Assembly: GCA_964199315.1 (NCBI GenBank)
Contig: OZ116707.1
Span: 17,360,001-17,424,000, forward strand
Direction: 5' to 3'
Origin: Orbicella franksi
Taxonomy: Eukaryota
DNA: 64,000 bases
The notes beneath the pieces were generated by a model. That model was not told the origin of the DNA, did no database searches, and saw nothing but the letters and a program-made list of their open reading frames with translations. The position numbers and the translations under genes were made by a program. Below, one piece after another: positions 32,271 through 41,478 of the stretch (position 1 is the stretch's first letter; each line of letters starts with the position of its first letter).

Positions 32271-32690
32271 GTGAAGCTAATTCATCCTTCAAAAAACATC
32301 AACAAAAAAGGCAAAAAAGTTACCTTTCAACTGGAAGTTAGTGTGAGAACCATTTTTAAAAACGGAAAACTGTGTAAGAAAGAGAAGTCACTTATTGGGA
32401 TTCAACTTCTCAATGGAAACTGGTTGTATGCATGTGACAGAAGAAACACTGAATGTGCGCAACAAATAATCCAATTGAAGAAAAGGTTGAAAGCAATTTA
32501 TCAAGTCAAAAAAGAAACGATGAAAGAACATAAAAAGGATCATATCGAAAGAACATTTCAAAAACATATTTATCCTTGGAATACTTTTTTTCGCAGACCC
32601 AGCAAAACCTGCAATCACACCAGAATCCTCAAACCCATCCACGAGTGTACAACCTGCATTGAATCCCACCAACAATCCTTTGACAATTAA
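32271..32690 (+). CDS. Basic hypothetical protein
   Basis: 139-aa ORF overlapping the start of the next gene. Confidence 0.35.
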   Translation: MKLIHPSKNINKKGKKVTFQLEVSVRTIFKNGKLCKKEKSLIGIQLLNGNWLYACDRRNTECAQQIIQLKKRLKAIYQVKKETMKEHKKDHIERTFQKHIYPWNTFFRRPSKTCNHTRILKPIHECTTCIESHQQSFDN

Positions 32691-33555
32691 GGAAGAAGCT
32701 CCTTCAGTGACTGTGGAAGAAGCCCCCATTGAGTTCAATGCAGAGGAATACATCACAGATCTAAACAAAAGAATGCAGACCGAACTAGAAGAGATAGACA
32801 ATCGCACAATCGTGTACGTCTGTCCAAAGCATCCAACCTTTCTGTTAGAGTACAATGAGATTGAAACCTGCTACGGTCTATGGGAATATTACAAGTGCCC
32901 CAACAAGGACTGCTTTGTGAGCTGTGAAGCCAACCAAGTAAGAGATTACCAAGCCAAATTTGACAAGCAAGTGGCAGACTTCTGGCTGAGAAACCTGGAA
33001 CAAAGAAACAAGTGTTTTTGTCGAAACACTCTCATTCTCAAGATCTCCAAGTCCAAAAAGAATCCTGGTCGTATGTTCTTTGGCTGTCGAAAGAAGAAAT
33101 GTGACTTCTTCCATTGGGCTGATAAAAATCCCTCAGAAAGAATGGAGAAATGGATATGCGAAGAAGCGGAGAAACCAGAGGAAAAAGTCCATTTTGAAGA
33201 GAAGAAGCCCGGTTGGAAAGGTAAACAACCATTGAAAGAACCCAAAACAGATATCGACATGCGAACAGCAGACATTAAAGACCCCCAAGCAGCAGCCTAC
33301 TGGAAAAAAGTGAGAATGATGAATGATGAATCCATGGTAAAGAGGGTTGACCTAACCTGTCCTGGAGGAGATGACGTCAGAGTTTTCACACAAATACCCG
33401 ACCCAGGCGCCGAGCACTATCCTCCACCATGCGTACAAAAAGGCTATGCCAAGTATCATGCCACTCACAAGCGATCAGAGCTCAAACATCATGCAAAAGC
33501 AACAAGTAAGAGAACAAGTTTGTTTCATATTAGACTTAGATGGTTACAATGTTAG
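32659..33555 (+). CDS. GRF-type zinc finger protein with a second upstream Cys/His cluster
   Basis: CFCRNTLILKISKSKKNPGRMFFGCRKKKCDFFHWAD matches the zf-GRF pattern. Upstream CPKH...CPNKDC. Confidence 0.75.
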   Translation: MNPTNNPLTIKEEAPSVTVEEAPIEFNAEEYITDLNKRMQTELEEIDNRTIVYVCPKHPTFLLEYNEIETCYGLWEYYKCPNKDCFVSCEANQVRDYQAKFDKQVADFWLRNLEQRNKCFCRNTLILKISKSKKNPGRMFFGCRKKKCDFFHWADKNPSERMEKWICEEAEKPEEKVHFEEKKPGWKGKQPLKEPKTDIDMRTADIKDPQAAAYWKKVRMMNDESMVKRVDLTCPGGDDVRVFTQIPDPGAEHYPPPCVQKGYAKYHATHKRSELKHHAKATSKRTSLFHIRLRWLQC

Positions 33556-33690
33556 CCATCATGCCTTGCGAGGCTGATTAATTTCCCATGATGCCTGTAT
33601 GTCTTAGTTGTTAACCATGTGAGTCAGCCATCTTGGATTCACTCCTTGATTAAAGCTTGATAAACTTAACTGGCTTCGTAGCTTATTACA
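33550..33690 (+). repeat. 5' LTR
   Basis: 136/141 identical to 38351-38491. Confidence 0.97.
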
Positions 33691-33703
33691 TGGTGTCAGA
33701 AGT
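33691..33703 (+). promoter_or_regulatory. Primer-binding site TGGTGTCAGAAGT (tRNA-Leu-like)
   Basis: Immediately follows the 5' LTR and begins TGG (complement of tRNA CCA). The tRNA identity is recalled, not verified. Confidence 0.7.
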
Positions 33704-33747
33704 TTCGGAACCCGCAATCGCCTGAAGGCCTCTTGCCTCTGTAGTCT

Positions 33748-34420
33748 GTGACCGTTTTCTTTCTCGCTCCGCTTGCCGCCATGGGAAAAGATCGACCAAT
33801 CTTCGACGCTAACTCTGACGATCGCCGCCGAGCATTCAAGTTTTTCTTGGCTAACTTTCGAGATTTTTGCATAATGGAGGACTATGTAGACCCCGCCAAA
33901 GCAGTCGACAGCAACAACTACTGGATCGCAACAAAAAGGCCGAAAGTTATGGCCGCTCTTCGCCGAGCCTTTCCTCCGGCTGAATGGGACGTGCTCACAA
34001 CCACAATCGACGCTCAAATTCCTGATGATGACAAACAACATCCAGCTAGATGGCTCGTGCAGCTTTCACAGCACTACCTTGGAGACGAGCCTATCATTCA
34101 AAGTACTCACAATTTTCTACGTATTCTGAAACAAGAACCTGGTATGTCAATACAAGATTGGCACACACTGGTCAGGTTGGAATATCAGAAATGTAATTTT
34201 CCCACAGCAGTAGACGATCGTTTACAAAGGGACATTTTTGTTATTGGCCTCAATGATACTTTTAAGCCCTTCCGAAGCGATATCATTGCCAGAGAAAACT
34301 TATCAACACTGACCTTCGCTCAGGTAATTTCCAAAGCGCGACTTTGAGGCTGGACTGCAAACTGAATCTGCCATAACAAAACACCACCTCGAGGAAGCAG
34401 CACATAAGGTTACCCCAGCA
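33748..34420 (+). pseudogene. gag: Gypsy gag N-terminal region; a single frameshift near 34340 separates it from the rest of gag-pol
   Basis: QEPGMSIQDW...YQKCNF...LQRDIFVIGLND. The shifted frame reads ARDFEAGLQTES and runs into ORF 34421. Confidence 0.85.
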
Positions 34421-37400
34421 GTGGACAAATCCAAGACTCCTCACCATCCGAATCGACGTGTAAAGGACCGACCTCCTGGCCCTTCCACTGCTTCGACCTG
34501 CCTGTGGTGTGGGCGTGCACCACATGCCAACCGCCGTGACTGTCCTGCCTCCAATGACACTTGCCATGGCTGTGGAAAACGGGGTCACTGGAAACAAGTG
34601 TGCCAGGCCACGTCCATACATGTTGTATCAGAGTCAGCTGCAGATGCAGAAGCTGACCCGCAAACCGACTACATTGTCACTCATGAGGTTTATCAGGTGC
34701 AATCTGCAGCCAAAGGAATCTATGTTGACCTCAACATCGGTCCCACATCATCATCACCTCCATCAAAACACTTCAGATTTCAAGTTGACTCTGGTTGTTC
34801 ATGCAATACAATTCATGTCAATGACCTTAATCAGCTGCCACCTATCCAAATTAAACCCTCAGTGGTTCGACTACTGGATTATTCAAAATCCATCATCCCA
34901 ACCAGAGGCCAAGTCACACTTCACTGCACTCATTGTGGCATGTCTTATGACATAGTGGCTCAAGTCATTACTTCTCAGCAGTACTATGCCCCACTACTAG
35001 GCCTTGCAGACAGCACACGCATGGGAATTCTCAAGTATGATGTGGACAATGCAAATACACTGCTCACTGCCCCAGTGCTGCCTCCGCCACCACCTGGTGA
35101 GTTAACATTTGATTACATAAAGTCTGCTTATGCTAACTTATTCGAGGGACTAGGTGAACTGGATGAGCCCTTCTCCTTAACTCTCAACCCTGATATCCGA
35201 CCTATACAAGCCGCTCCCCACCGTTATGCTGCCCCTAAACTTCCCACCATCAAAGAGGCCTTAGACAAACTTGTTAACACGGGACAGTTGATTCGGGTCA
35301 ACAAACCCACACCCTGGATCTCAAATATGGTGGTTCGTGAGCGCCCTGCCTCTGACACAAAACCTGCGAAAGTTCGTATTTGCCTAGACCCATCGCAAAC
35401 AATCAACAAAGCCATCATCAGGCCAGTGTACCCCATTCCTACTCTAGAGGAAAACATCCACCGCTTCCACCGGGCCAAGATTTTCTCCACATTTGACATC
35501 AAGGATGCATTCCAAACAATCAGATTAACCGATGAGTCTTCCTTTCTGACCACTATGCACACTCCATGGGGAAGGTACCGCTGGACTCGACTCCCTTTTG
35601 GTATCAGCTCTGCTCCTGAAGAGTTCCAGCGTCATCTTCATGATATTCTTTGTGGCATGGAAGGTGTCGTCAATATTGCTGATGACATTATTGTGGTTGG
35701 CCGTGGCGAATCCCTGGCCGATGCACATGTTGATCATGACAACACGGTATTTGAGCTCTTGAAACGACTCTCTCAGCACAATCTTAAACTAAATCCTGAC
35801 AAGATTAAATTCAAAACATATACTGCACCATTTATGGGACATGTCCTCAGCCCAGAGGGGCTCAAACCGAGCATCGAAATTACCAATGCTGTTTTGAATA
35901 TGCCTCAACCTCAGGACAAGGCGGCCACTCGACGTTTCTTGGGCACCATTACTTACCTGTCCAAATTTTGTCCCAATCTCAGTGAAGTGGTTCGCCCTCT
36001 CCGTGACCTTACACATGCTGACCAAGAGTTCCTGTGGGCTGATCAACATACCGAAGCATTCACAAAAGCCAAGGAGTTAGTATCCAAAGCTCCCTGCCTT
36101 CGATACTTTGATGTAAATGCCCCAGTGGTACTGCAAGTTGATGCATCTGAATATGGTCTTGGTGCGGCCCTACTTCAGCCTGTCAACCATCCCAACAAAT
36201 CACCTGACGTCCATTGGCAACCTGTTGCCTACAGTTCCAGCTCCCTCAGCTCAACTGAACAGCGCTATGCGCAAATTGAGAAAGAAACACTTGCCATTGT
36301 GCATGCCTTTCAGAAGTTTGACCAGCTACTCTTCGGAAAATCTGGGATTACTGTCCACAGTGATCACAAACCACTGGAAACCATTTTCAAACACCCTTTG
36401 GCCTCTGCCCCGCGCCACCTGCAGAGCATGATGCTCACACTCCAGCGCTACTTATTCCAGGTGGAGTATCGCAAAGGATCCTCACTCCTTATTGCGGACA
36501 CTCTTTCTCGTGCACCTCTGCCAGAGACAACACACAAGGGAGTCCATGATGAATTGGTGTACCGTGTGGAGTTTGAAGGGAACAACCCAGAACTCTCTGG
36601 TTTCCAGGATGCCACTGTCCAGGAAATCCGAACTGAAGCAAACACAGATCCTGAACAGAAAGCTCTGCGTACTCTCATTGAAACAGGATGGCCAAATGAC
36701 AAAGCCGCAGTTCCTGTCCTCGTACATCCATATTGGTCGGTCCGTCATGAACTTACCATGCACGAAGGACTCCTATATAAACAAGATCGTGTTGTCATAC
36801 CTTCTTCGCTTCGACCAAGCATCCTCTACAAGCTGCATGCAGCTCATCGCGGTACTGAGTTTACTCTTAGACATGCTCGTAGCTGTGTGTTCTGGCCGGG
36901 CCTCAACAGCCAAATCACAGACATGTGCACAAACTGCACCACTTGTGCACAGCATGCCCAGCAACATCTTCGAGAACCACTAAAGCCTTACCCAGTGCCC
37001 ACGCTACCCTGGCAACTGGTTTCTCAAGATCTGTTTGCTCTCAATGGGCCTGCCTATTTGGTCACTGTGGACCATTACAGTGACTATTACAAACTTGATC
37101 GGCTTCCCTCCATCCAGGCCTCAGCTGTCATACAAGCAACCAAACAACACTTTGGACGTCACGGCGTTCCCCATACCCTCATCACAGACAACGGAGCTCA
37201 ATTCACATCTGAGGCATTCAAAACATTTGCAGAGAAATATAAATTTCATCACATTACCTCCTCACCTTATTGGTCTCAGTCTAATGGCAGAGCTGAAGCA
37301 TCAGTGAAGTCTGCCAAACACATTCTTCTCACTGCGGAAGATGTGGACCTAGCATTACTCTCTGTTCGCAACACTCCACCTGCTGGACACACCTTCTCCC

Positions 37401-38080
37401 CAGCTCAACGTTTGTTTGGCCGCACCCTTCGCACGGATCTACCACAGTCTGCCACCACCTTAGAACCTTGCACCTCCCCACGCGACACCGTGGTGCTTGA
37501 GCACCTCCACCGCAAATCACAGCAAAAGAAAGCATACGACAAGCGTGTTGGACCACCACTTCCCAAGCTACCTCCTGGAAGCTATGTCTACGCCAAGCCA
37601 CCACCATCCTCCTTAGCTAAGGCTTGGATTCCTGGACAGATAGTGAGTCCTGCTGGTCCACGATCCTACCTAATACAGACTGGCACCTCACAAATTAGAC
37701 GAAATCGGGCTCAGGTACAGCTTGCCCCCTCTCAAAGCAGTCTAACACCACCACAGCCCAGGCCTGTACCAACCCTCCCAGATAAGCTGCGACCATATTC
37801 ATCACGTGCTGGTGTGCCACGACTCCATTTGCAGTCCAGACCAACTGCAGATTCATCACCAGTGCCAGCAACTGCATCCACAGTACCTTCATCTGAATCA
37901 TCTCCAGCACCTGAAACCCCACTTCCTGTGTCCCCCTTGCCACCTTGTGCCACAATCCAGCCACCCACACTATCCTCACCAGTGGCACCCTCCCATCCTG
38001 CAGCATCCAGTTCACCTGTTGGACAAACTGTCACCTGGAGTGGCCAAGTAACTCGACGTCCAGCTCGTTACTCAGACTAA
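34421..38080 (+). CDS. pol: Gypsy gag zinc knuckles plus pol (protease, RT, RNase H, integrase)
   Basis: CHGCGKRGHWKQVC, QVDSGCSC, RLPFGISSAPEEFQ, IADDII, QVDASEYGLGA, YAQIEKE, HAAHRG...C..C, TDNGAQF and SNGRAE. P/S-rich tail. Confidence 0.96.
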   Translation: MDKSKTPHHPNRRVKDRPPGPSTASTCLWCGRAPHANRRDCPASNDTCHGCGKRGHWKQVCQATSIHVVSESAADAEADPQTDYIVTHEVYQVQSAAKGIYVDLNIGPTSSSPPSKHFRFQVDSGCSCNTIHVNDLNQLPPIQIKPSVVRLLDYSKSIIPTRGQVTLHCTHCGMSYDIVAQVITSQQYYAPLLGLADSTRMGILKYDVDNANTLLTAPVLPPPPPGELTFDYIKSAYANLFEGLGELDEPFSLTLNPDIRPIQAAPHRYAAPKLPTIKEALDKLVNTGQLIRVNKPTPWISNMVVRERPASDTKPAKVRICLDPSQTINKAIIRPVYPIPTLEENIHRFHRAKIFSTFDIKDAFQTIRLTDESSFLTTMHTPWGRYRWTRLPFGISSAPEEFQRHLHDILCGMEGVVNIADDIIVVGRGESLADAHVDHDNTVFELLKRLSQHNLKLNPDKIKFKTYTAPFMGHVLSPEGLKPSIEITNAVLNMPQPQDKAATRRFLGTITYLSKFCPNLSEVVRPLRDLTHADQEFLWADQHTEAFTKAKELVSKAPCLRYFDVNAPVVLQVDASEYGLGAALLQPVNHPNKSPDVHWQPVAYSSSSLSSTEQRYAQIEKETLAIVHAFQKFDQLLFGKSGITVHSDHKPLETIFKHPLASAPRHLQSMMLTLQRYLFQVEYRKGSSLLIADTLSRAPLPETTHKGVHDELVYRVEFEGNNPELSGFQDATVQEIRTEANTDPEQKALRTLIETGWPNDKAAVPVLVHPYWSVRHELTMHEGLLYKQDRVVIPSSLRPSILYKLHAAHRGTEFTLRHARSCVFWPGLNSQITDMCTNCTTCAQHAQQHLREPLKPYPVPTLPWQLVSQDLFALNGPAYLVTVDHYSDYYKLDRLPSIQASAVIQATKQHFGRHGVPHTLITDNGAQFTSEAFKTFAEKYKFHHITSSPYWSQSNGRAEASVKSAKHILLTAEDVDLALLSVRNTPPAGHTFSPAQRLFGRTLRTDLPQSATTLEPCTSPRDTVVLEHLHRKSQQKKAYDKRVGPPLPKLPPGSYVYAKPPPSSLAKAWIPGQIVSPAGPRSYLIQTGTSQIRRNRAQVQLAPSQSSLTPPQPRPVPTLPDKLRPYSSRAGVPRLHLQSRPTADSSPVPATASTVPSSESSPAPETPLPVSPLPPCATIQPPTLSSPVAPSHPAASSSPVGQTVTWSGQVTRRPARYSD

Positions 38081-38350
38081 CTCTTGAACCGACCTGCCTT
38101 TTATTTCTTGCAGGTGAACACTACCCATTGCTGTAGACGTCCTTTCAGAGGACGGGATGGATGACCAACCCTACAAACAGGGCTTTGGACCTTATATGAT
38201 TATTGGGACAAGTACTAAAGAGACAAACAAACTCTCTGAATAGGGGCTTGATTGATTAGTTTTATTATTATTATGTCTAGTGGTTGTCTGTATTGTTAAA
38301 AAAAAAGAAAAAAATAATATATTTGATGTTCTATTACAAAGAGAAAAGCG

Positions 38351-38491
38351 TGTTAGCCATCATGCCTTGCGAGGCTGATTAATTTCCCATGATGCCTGTA
38401 TATCTTAGTTGTTAACCATGTGAGTCAGCCATCTTGGATTCACTCCCTGATTAAAGCTTGATAAACTTAACCGACTTCGGAGCTTATTACA
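38351..38491 (+). repeat. 3' LTR
   Basis: 136/141 identical to 33550-33690. Confidence 0.97.
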
Positions 38492-39007
38492 ACAATTTAA
38501 AAGGAAATTCACTTAGAAGAACTTTTTATGTTCGAGTACTTGGATACTGTACACACAACTGCGACTACGGGAGGATAGCCTTTGACACGGCATACCCTAC
38601 AGAAACCTTTGGATTCAAGACAGAAAAACAGTCAGACACGTGAACAAGTACATTTGTGGTCTCCCGTACGAACCAGACCCTGAAGAAGAAGCATTAAGTC
38701 AAGACAGAGTACGTGACATAATACAGAGACTTTATTCCAAATACTGTACGGGAAAAAGAACATTGATTGCATACAAAGGTGGATGAGTCGAAAAAGACAT
38801 CCTCGATGAACTGAACATTCCAAGTTTTAATTTAGAATTAATCGGCTGTCCTAAATATGATCACTTAAACATGATACCTAAGATAAAAAGTTGTGGTTTT
38901 CATCGTAGTTTATGAAGAAAAAGTCACAAAAAAGGTCATTGTTCCGTTCAAGAGTGTCACGCTTTCTGGAGATGGTTATATGACATATAATTGTCACACT
39001 CAAAATG

Positions 39008-39448
39008 TTAAATCAAATAAAGTCTTTTGATGTGGTAATCAATGACGTCTACATTGTTCTCCGCTGTACATTGTATGTGAATTCCCCTCTGAATCCAATC
39101 ATCTGGTCGAATGGTCTCTCCATCATCGTCAATCACAAATAATTCTTCATGCTCCATCATTGCATCGTAGATTTTCTTCAAAGAACGTCTGATCCTGTCA
39201 ATAGATCCCAATGCTTTCAAAAAATTACTCTCCCTCACTCGTAGATTAGCCAACATCTTTTCGTCCTCTTTAAACTTTTCCCTCATAATACCGATTCTCT
39301 TCAACTTGTATTCAAAACGTAATTCCTTGTCATCCGCTAATTGACTAAAACGAAAATAGTCAGCCATGATCTCTGAACGTACTCTAGGAGGAGCCATCAC
39401 ATATGCGTCTCGTTCCTTAAATAACCAATGAGAACTTGACGAACCCAA
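39008..39448 (-). CDS. Hypothetical helical protein
   Basis: 146-aa ORF; probable ATG at MAPPRV. Confidence 0.5.
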   Translation of the reverse strand: MGSSSSHWLFKERDAYVMAPPRVRSEIMADYFRFSQLADDKELRFEYKLKRIGIMREKFKEDEKMLANLRVRESNFLKALGSIDRIRRSLKKIYDAMMEHEELFVIDDDGETIRPDDWIQRGIHIQCTAENNVDVIDYHIKRLYLI

Positions 39449-39480
39449 AATGTAAACAAATTTTTTAAAATATTCATTCA

Positions 39481-39499
39481 GGGGGATACCCCATCCCCC
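39481..39499. promoter_or_regulatory. GGGGGAT-N5-ATCCCCC palindrome in a divergent intergenic region
   Basis: Copy of 17012-17031. Confidence 0.5.
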
Positions 39500-39546
39500 T
39501 TTTTGTCATTTTTATTTTTAGAAACGATACAAACAAACCATATAAA

Positions 39547-40050
39547 ATGACTCAAAATGAAAATACTCGCTCACACTCTACTACAAACATGTCACAAGTA
39601 AGACGTAGTCTGAGACAACTCAATATTCCACCCGAAGAAGAATTAGATCGGTGCTTCATTTGTCTAGAAGACATTCTGACAACTGAAATTTTAGCCTGTA
39701 AAAGGCAAACATGCTGCAGAAAGTATTTACACAAGTCATGTCACCGAAGATCAAGGAATGAAATGAGGATGTGTGGAAACTGTCGCGCAATACCTTCACG
39801 TACACGACGTTCAAGAGTTGTTGGTCATCAAAGACGTGGCGATTCGCTAAACCTAAAAGAATTAACCCTACGTGCTCAGCGCTCTGACAGTATAACAGCC
39901 ATCAATTTATTCCTGATCTCAAGAAGAGCAAGTATCATACATACGAGAAGTAGTTTAAGTTGGAGAGCATTTCCATATAATATTTCTTCTGAAGTTTTTA
40001 ATGAATTCTTAGAAAAAATGAAAAGTTTCATATTGACACAGAGATCATAA
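39547..40050 (+). CDS. RING-like zinc finger protein
   Basis: CFIC...CCRKYLHKSC...CGNC. Confidence 0.65.
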   Translation: MTQNENTRSHSTTNMSQVRRSLRQLNIPPEEELDRCFICLEDILTTEILACKRQTCCRKYLHKSCHRRSRNEMRMCGNCRAIPSRTRRSRVVGHQRRGDSLNLKELTLRAQRSDSITAINLFLISRRASIIHTRSSLSWRAFPYNISSEVFNEFLEKMKSFILTQRS

Positions 40051-40318
40051 TTCTCCTTTTCATGGTATTTACATTCATGCCAATGTAATAGGTCAATTAT
40101 TTTGGGTTTACAATTATAGAATCGCAATTTACAAGATATTTGAAAGAATGATTCCTTCAGCTCTAGAATTATGTCTAAGTTTCATAAAGTATCGATTCAT
40201 CTTTGTAACGGATCCAAATCAAATCGGAGAGAATGATGTGAGTGTACAAGAAATCCAGATCACTCGAAACCATAGTATCACTCCATAGCCAGAAGACGCC
40301 CCCTACACTGGCTCAGTA

Positions 40319-41080
40319 GTGGAACGTAACATATTCCAAGCACTTCAAGAAGCAAATCGTAGTTTATTCACCAACAGTCATCGCTCCAGACTCGTTCCAA
40401 CTCCAGTTCTTTTGTCCTTTGAAGCAACATCACTAAGAGCATCCTTTTATACAGATGACGGAAGAGCAAGAGACACGTGTGGGGAACCCTTAATCATCCC
40501 CGCTCCTCATACAGTAATCGGACAAGAAAACAATCCATTTGACATGGAAGATGACGACGTCTCCGATTTAAGAGCAAATAGTCCTCCACCTGCTGAAGAC
40601 AGTGACCGGTCACCACAAACAACACCGACAAACACCTCCCCACGAGCAGTCAGTCCACTTCCAACAACATCAACATCAACAATCACAGTCACATCATCAT
40701 CAACTGTCAGTTCACCCGCAACAACATCAAACAACACAAACAACATCACTCATCCTTCCCCAAGTAGCTCTAACACTAGTCCTGAATACAGTGACAGTGA
40801 AGAATGGACAGAGGATGAACCAATAAATCAAGTACCACTAAATCAAGCACCCAATCGTTGCTTAATTCGTTGTGGAAATCCACGCTGTAAGCACCTAAAC
40901 AGAAACCAGGACTGTCCCCATGTCACCAGATGTGTGAATCCTAATTGCCAGCACAGACGTTTAGTGGAATGTTGTATCAATGACATTGTACACACAGAAA
41001 CCGGAGCTATCCCTGGTCCTTCTATTAACTCTGTCTTAGCCGAAGATGATGTTGACATTGAATACTCAAACCCCAAGTAG
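40319..41080 (+). CDS. S/T/P-rich disordered protein with C-terminal Cys/His repeats
   Basis: T/S-rich linker, then RCGNPRCKH and RCVNPNCQH. Last ORF before the right TIR. Confidence 0.55.
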   Translation: MERNIFQALQEANRSLFTNSHRSRLVPTPVLLSFEATSLRASFYTDDGRARDTCGEPLIIPAPHTVIGQENNPFDMEDDDVSDLRANSPPPAEDSDRSPQTTPTNTSPRAVSPLPTTSTSTITVTSSSTVSSPATTSNNTNNITHPSPSSSNTSPEYSDSEEWTEDEPINQVPLNQAPNRCLIRCGNPRCKHLNRNQDCPHVTRCVNPNCQHRRLVECCINDIVHTETGAIPGPSINSVLAEDDVDIEYSNPK

Positions 41081-41224
41081 CTCTAACCCTAGTTTTCTAT
41101 TAACTCATACTAGGTAGAGACTGTGAACACTTTTAGGAAATAGGTTATGAGAAGTTATGACGTAGCCCATTGGTGTAGGTTATGAATAGGTTATGAGAAG
41201 TTGTGACGTAGCCCATTGTTCTCT

Positions 41225-41333
41225 ATTAAAAGTCACGTGTAAAATCCGAGTGTTGTGATTGGTTGATGTGTCACGTGTATTGAATGGGGTCCTCTCATTG
41301 GTCAGTTTGTATATACTGCTGTGCTATACTACT
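41225..41333 (-). repeat. Polinton right TIR, portion matched on the left
   Basis: Matches 11816-11924. An internal ~30-bp tandem pair (AGGTTATGAGAAGTT(A/G)TGACGTAGCCCATTG, 41143-41218) probably belongs to the longer original TIR. Confidence 0.9.
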
Positions 41334-41478
41334 CTTGTCACCTGTTCTTGTCAAATAGCCCAATTTATCTAGTTTCATTTGCCATTTTGTTATATTTGAT
41401 GCCTCAGATGTATTCTCTACATTCATGTTTGTTAATTTATTGTACACATTATTTAACTCCAGGTGTTTATAAGAGCAT

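Larger units (their letters stand above)
33550..38491 (+). mobile_element. Full-length Ty3/Gypsy LTR retrotransposon
   Basis: 141-bp LTRs (TG...CA), 4-bp TSD ACAA (33546-33549 and 38492-38495), PBS, purine tract before the 3' LTR, and PR-RT-RH-IN order. Confidence 0.97.
33491..38990 (+). pseudogene. DEDD/Maelstrom-like nuclease-fold gene split by the Gypsy insertion
   Basis: Removing the LTR element restores ILDLDGYN|LKGNSLRRTFYVRVLGY. It continues, with frameshift and stops, as IAYKGG.VEKDIL..LNIP..NLE.IGCPKY...CGFH...HCSVQEC.AF. Confidence 0.55.
11816..41333. mobile_element. Maverick/Polinton (adintovirus-like) endogenous element, 29.5 kb including nested insertions
   Basis: Starts AGTAGT and ends ACTACT. 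6-bp TSD CTTGTC at 11810-11815 and 41334-41339. ~109-bp TIR match. Encodes pPolB, rve integrase, A32-like ATPase, adenain-like protease, major and minor capsid proteins. Confidence 0.95.

Noticed and set aside
33604-38136. Many short antisense or alternate-frame ORFs over the Gypsy element
   Set aside because: Shadow ORFs of gag-pol with no recognisable motifs.
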